Shown: positions 33,260-33,766 of the stretch, in pieces
Layout: each line of letters opens with the position of its first letter
Position numbering within the stretch: position 1 is the first letter of the stretch
NCBI GenBank assembly: GCA_964592455.1
Contig: CAZQDQ010000002.1
Span: forward strand, 1 to 33,766
Direction: 5' to 3'
Length of the DNA stretch: 33,766 nt
Origin: an uncultured Pseudomonadales bacterium
Lineage (GTDB): Bacteria; Patescibacteriota; Microgenomatia; UBA1400; MFAQ01
The notes under the pieces: generated by a model
Told to the model about the DNA's origin: nothing
What the model saw: the letters and a program-made list of their open reading frames with translations, nothing else
Databases searched by the model: none
Program-made: the position numbers and the translations under genes

Positions 33260-33282
33260 GGTTTGTATTATAAAACAATAAA

Positions 33283-33300
33283 GAGACCCTTTCGGGTCTC
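33283..33300 (-). terminator. Intrinsic terminator after the zinc-ribbon repeat gene
   Basis: The minus strand reads GAGACCC-GAAA-GGGUCUC (a GNRA tetraloop), followed by the U-rich UUUAUUGUUUUAU. The hairpin overlaps the TGA stop. Confidence 0.65.
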
Positions 33301-33766
33301 AACGTTTCCTTCTTTCATAGTCTTTTCCAGCCTCAAATTCTCTGATCCTGTCAGGGTCATAACCTCGATGTAGACCTGCATCTGGTCCACTCATTACTTT
33401 TTGACCCCAGACACCCTGTAGATTTGGGCCGATTGTTTCTATAACATTTCGCGGGTCTTTCCATGGATCTCTACGGCTTCCACCTAGTTTTCGACAGGTG
33501 TCACAGTATTCGGGTGGATTACTCCATGAAGGTTTGTAAGAAACCTTTTCGGTGCACCCATTGGTTGCACAAGCCTTCTCGTGCCAAGAATTACAGTCCT
33601 TGCAGTATTCGGGGACATTTGACCAAGACGAGTGAACTGAAATGGTGTTACGGCAATTAGAGTTGCCACAACGAACCTCGTACCACCCCTTGCAAGTGCA
33701 GTAATTTGGTTTGTTATCCCAATATTCTTTGTAACGAACTTTGCCATTACAGTGACGATTGGCACA
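33299..33766 (-). CDS. Cys-rich protein with three tandem zinc-ribbon repeats; the 5' end lies beyond the right window edge
   Basis: This ORF is not in the track because it has no start codon in the window. My reverse-strand translation gives three repeats: CANRHCNGKVRYKEYWDNKPNYCTCKGW, CGNSNCRNTISVHSSWSNVPEYCKDCNSW and CATNGCTEKVSYKPSWSNPPEYCDTCRKL. A tail ending ...DYERRKR* follows. The frame is open over all 155 codons. The track ORF 33484..33765 is in another frame. Confidence 0.75.
   Translation of the reverse strand, partial: CANRHCNGKVRYKEYWDNKPNYCTCKGWYEVRCGNSNCRNTISVHSSWSNVPEYCKDCNSWHEKACATNGCTEKVSYKPSWSNPPEYCDTCRKLGGSRRDPWKDPRNVIETIGPNLQGVWGQKVMSGPDAGLHRGYDPDRIREFEAGKDYERRKR

Noticed and set aside
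33484-33765. 93-aa track ORF on the minus strand at the right edge
   Set aside because: It is out of frame with the 155-codon open frame that encodes three regular zinc-ribbon repeats. Its own translation has no features.
1-33766. Search for CRISPR arrays, transposases, integrases, reverse transcriptase/DGR repeats, prophage genes or att-like duplications of tRNA 3' ends
   Set aside because: I found no regularly spaced direct repeats, none of the corresponding ORFs, and no duplicated tRNA fragment flanking the 21.5-25.3 kb segment between the tRNA-type genes. The genes there are ordinary envelope and redox genes.
1-33766. Alternative genetic code (UGA recoded, as in some CPR lineages)
   Set aside because: Long conserved genes (lon, rarA, proS, the ABC transporters) are intact under the standard code. 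TGA terminates well-supported genes (for example at 9496-9498 and 33299-33301).

Overview
This is a 33.8-kb, gene-dense, low-GC bacterial window. I saw no rRNA, CRISPR array, transposase, integrase or reverse transcriptase. The gene content suggests a Patescibacteria/CPR-type genome, which is an inference: many small anchored or secreted hypothetical proteins, a minimal ProRS without editing domain, and RGG/zinc-ribbon proteins. The standard genetic code fits, since TGA is used as a stop.

Gene order, left to right:
- A seven-gene minus-strand metal (probably copper) homeostasis cluster. It comprises a partial P1B-ATPase that is missing from the ORF track, DUF305, DUF2933, a histidine kinase/OmpR pair, an SRPBCC protein and a Cys-rich anchored protein.
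- An RGG-box/CxxC-x17-CxxC zinc-ribbon protein directly downstream of two SAM methyltransferases.
- Housekeeping genes: rarA, lon, lgt, proS, a ZIP transporter, a DEAD-box helicase and a SpoU/TrmH methyltransferase.
- An ATP-cone plus PD-(D/E)xK nuclease fusion.
- tRNA-Thr(UGU) and tRNA-Trp(CCA), plus a separately promoted and terminated aberrant tRNA-like gene.
- A thioredoxin / DipZ-like thiol-disulfide module.
- An ABC exporter preceded by a promoter, a 37-codon ORF and an intrinsic terminator (attenuator-like), followed by an ABC-2 ATPase/permease pair.
- Several hypothetical proteins, and a partial multi-zinc-ribbon protein at the right edge that is also missing from the ORF track.

The observations most worth a second look:
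- the aberrant tRNA-like gene
- the leader-ORF/terminator upstream of the ABC exporter
- the methyltransferase/RGG-protein linkage
- the ATP-cone nuclease
- a G12 homopolymer inside the conserved motif of the rRNA methyltransferase
- a recurrent '-10 box 6-7 nt from ATG, no Shine-Dalgarno' architecture that suggests leaderless mRNAs

All functional calls come from motif recognition by eye. No database search was run.
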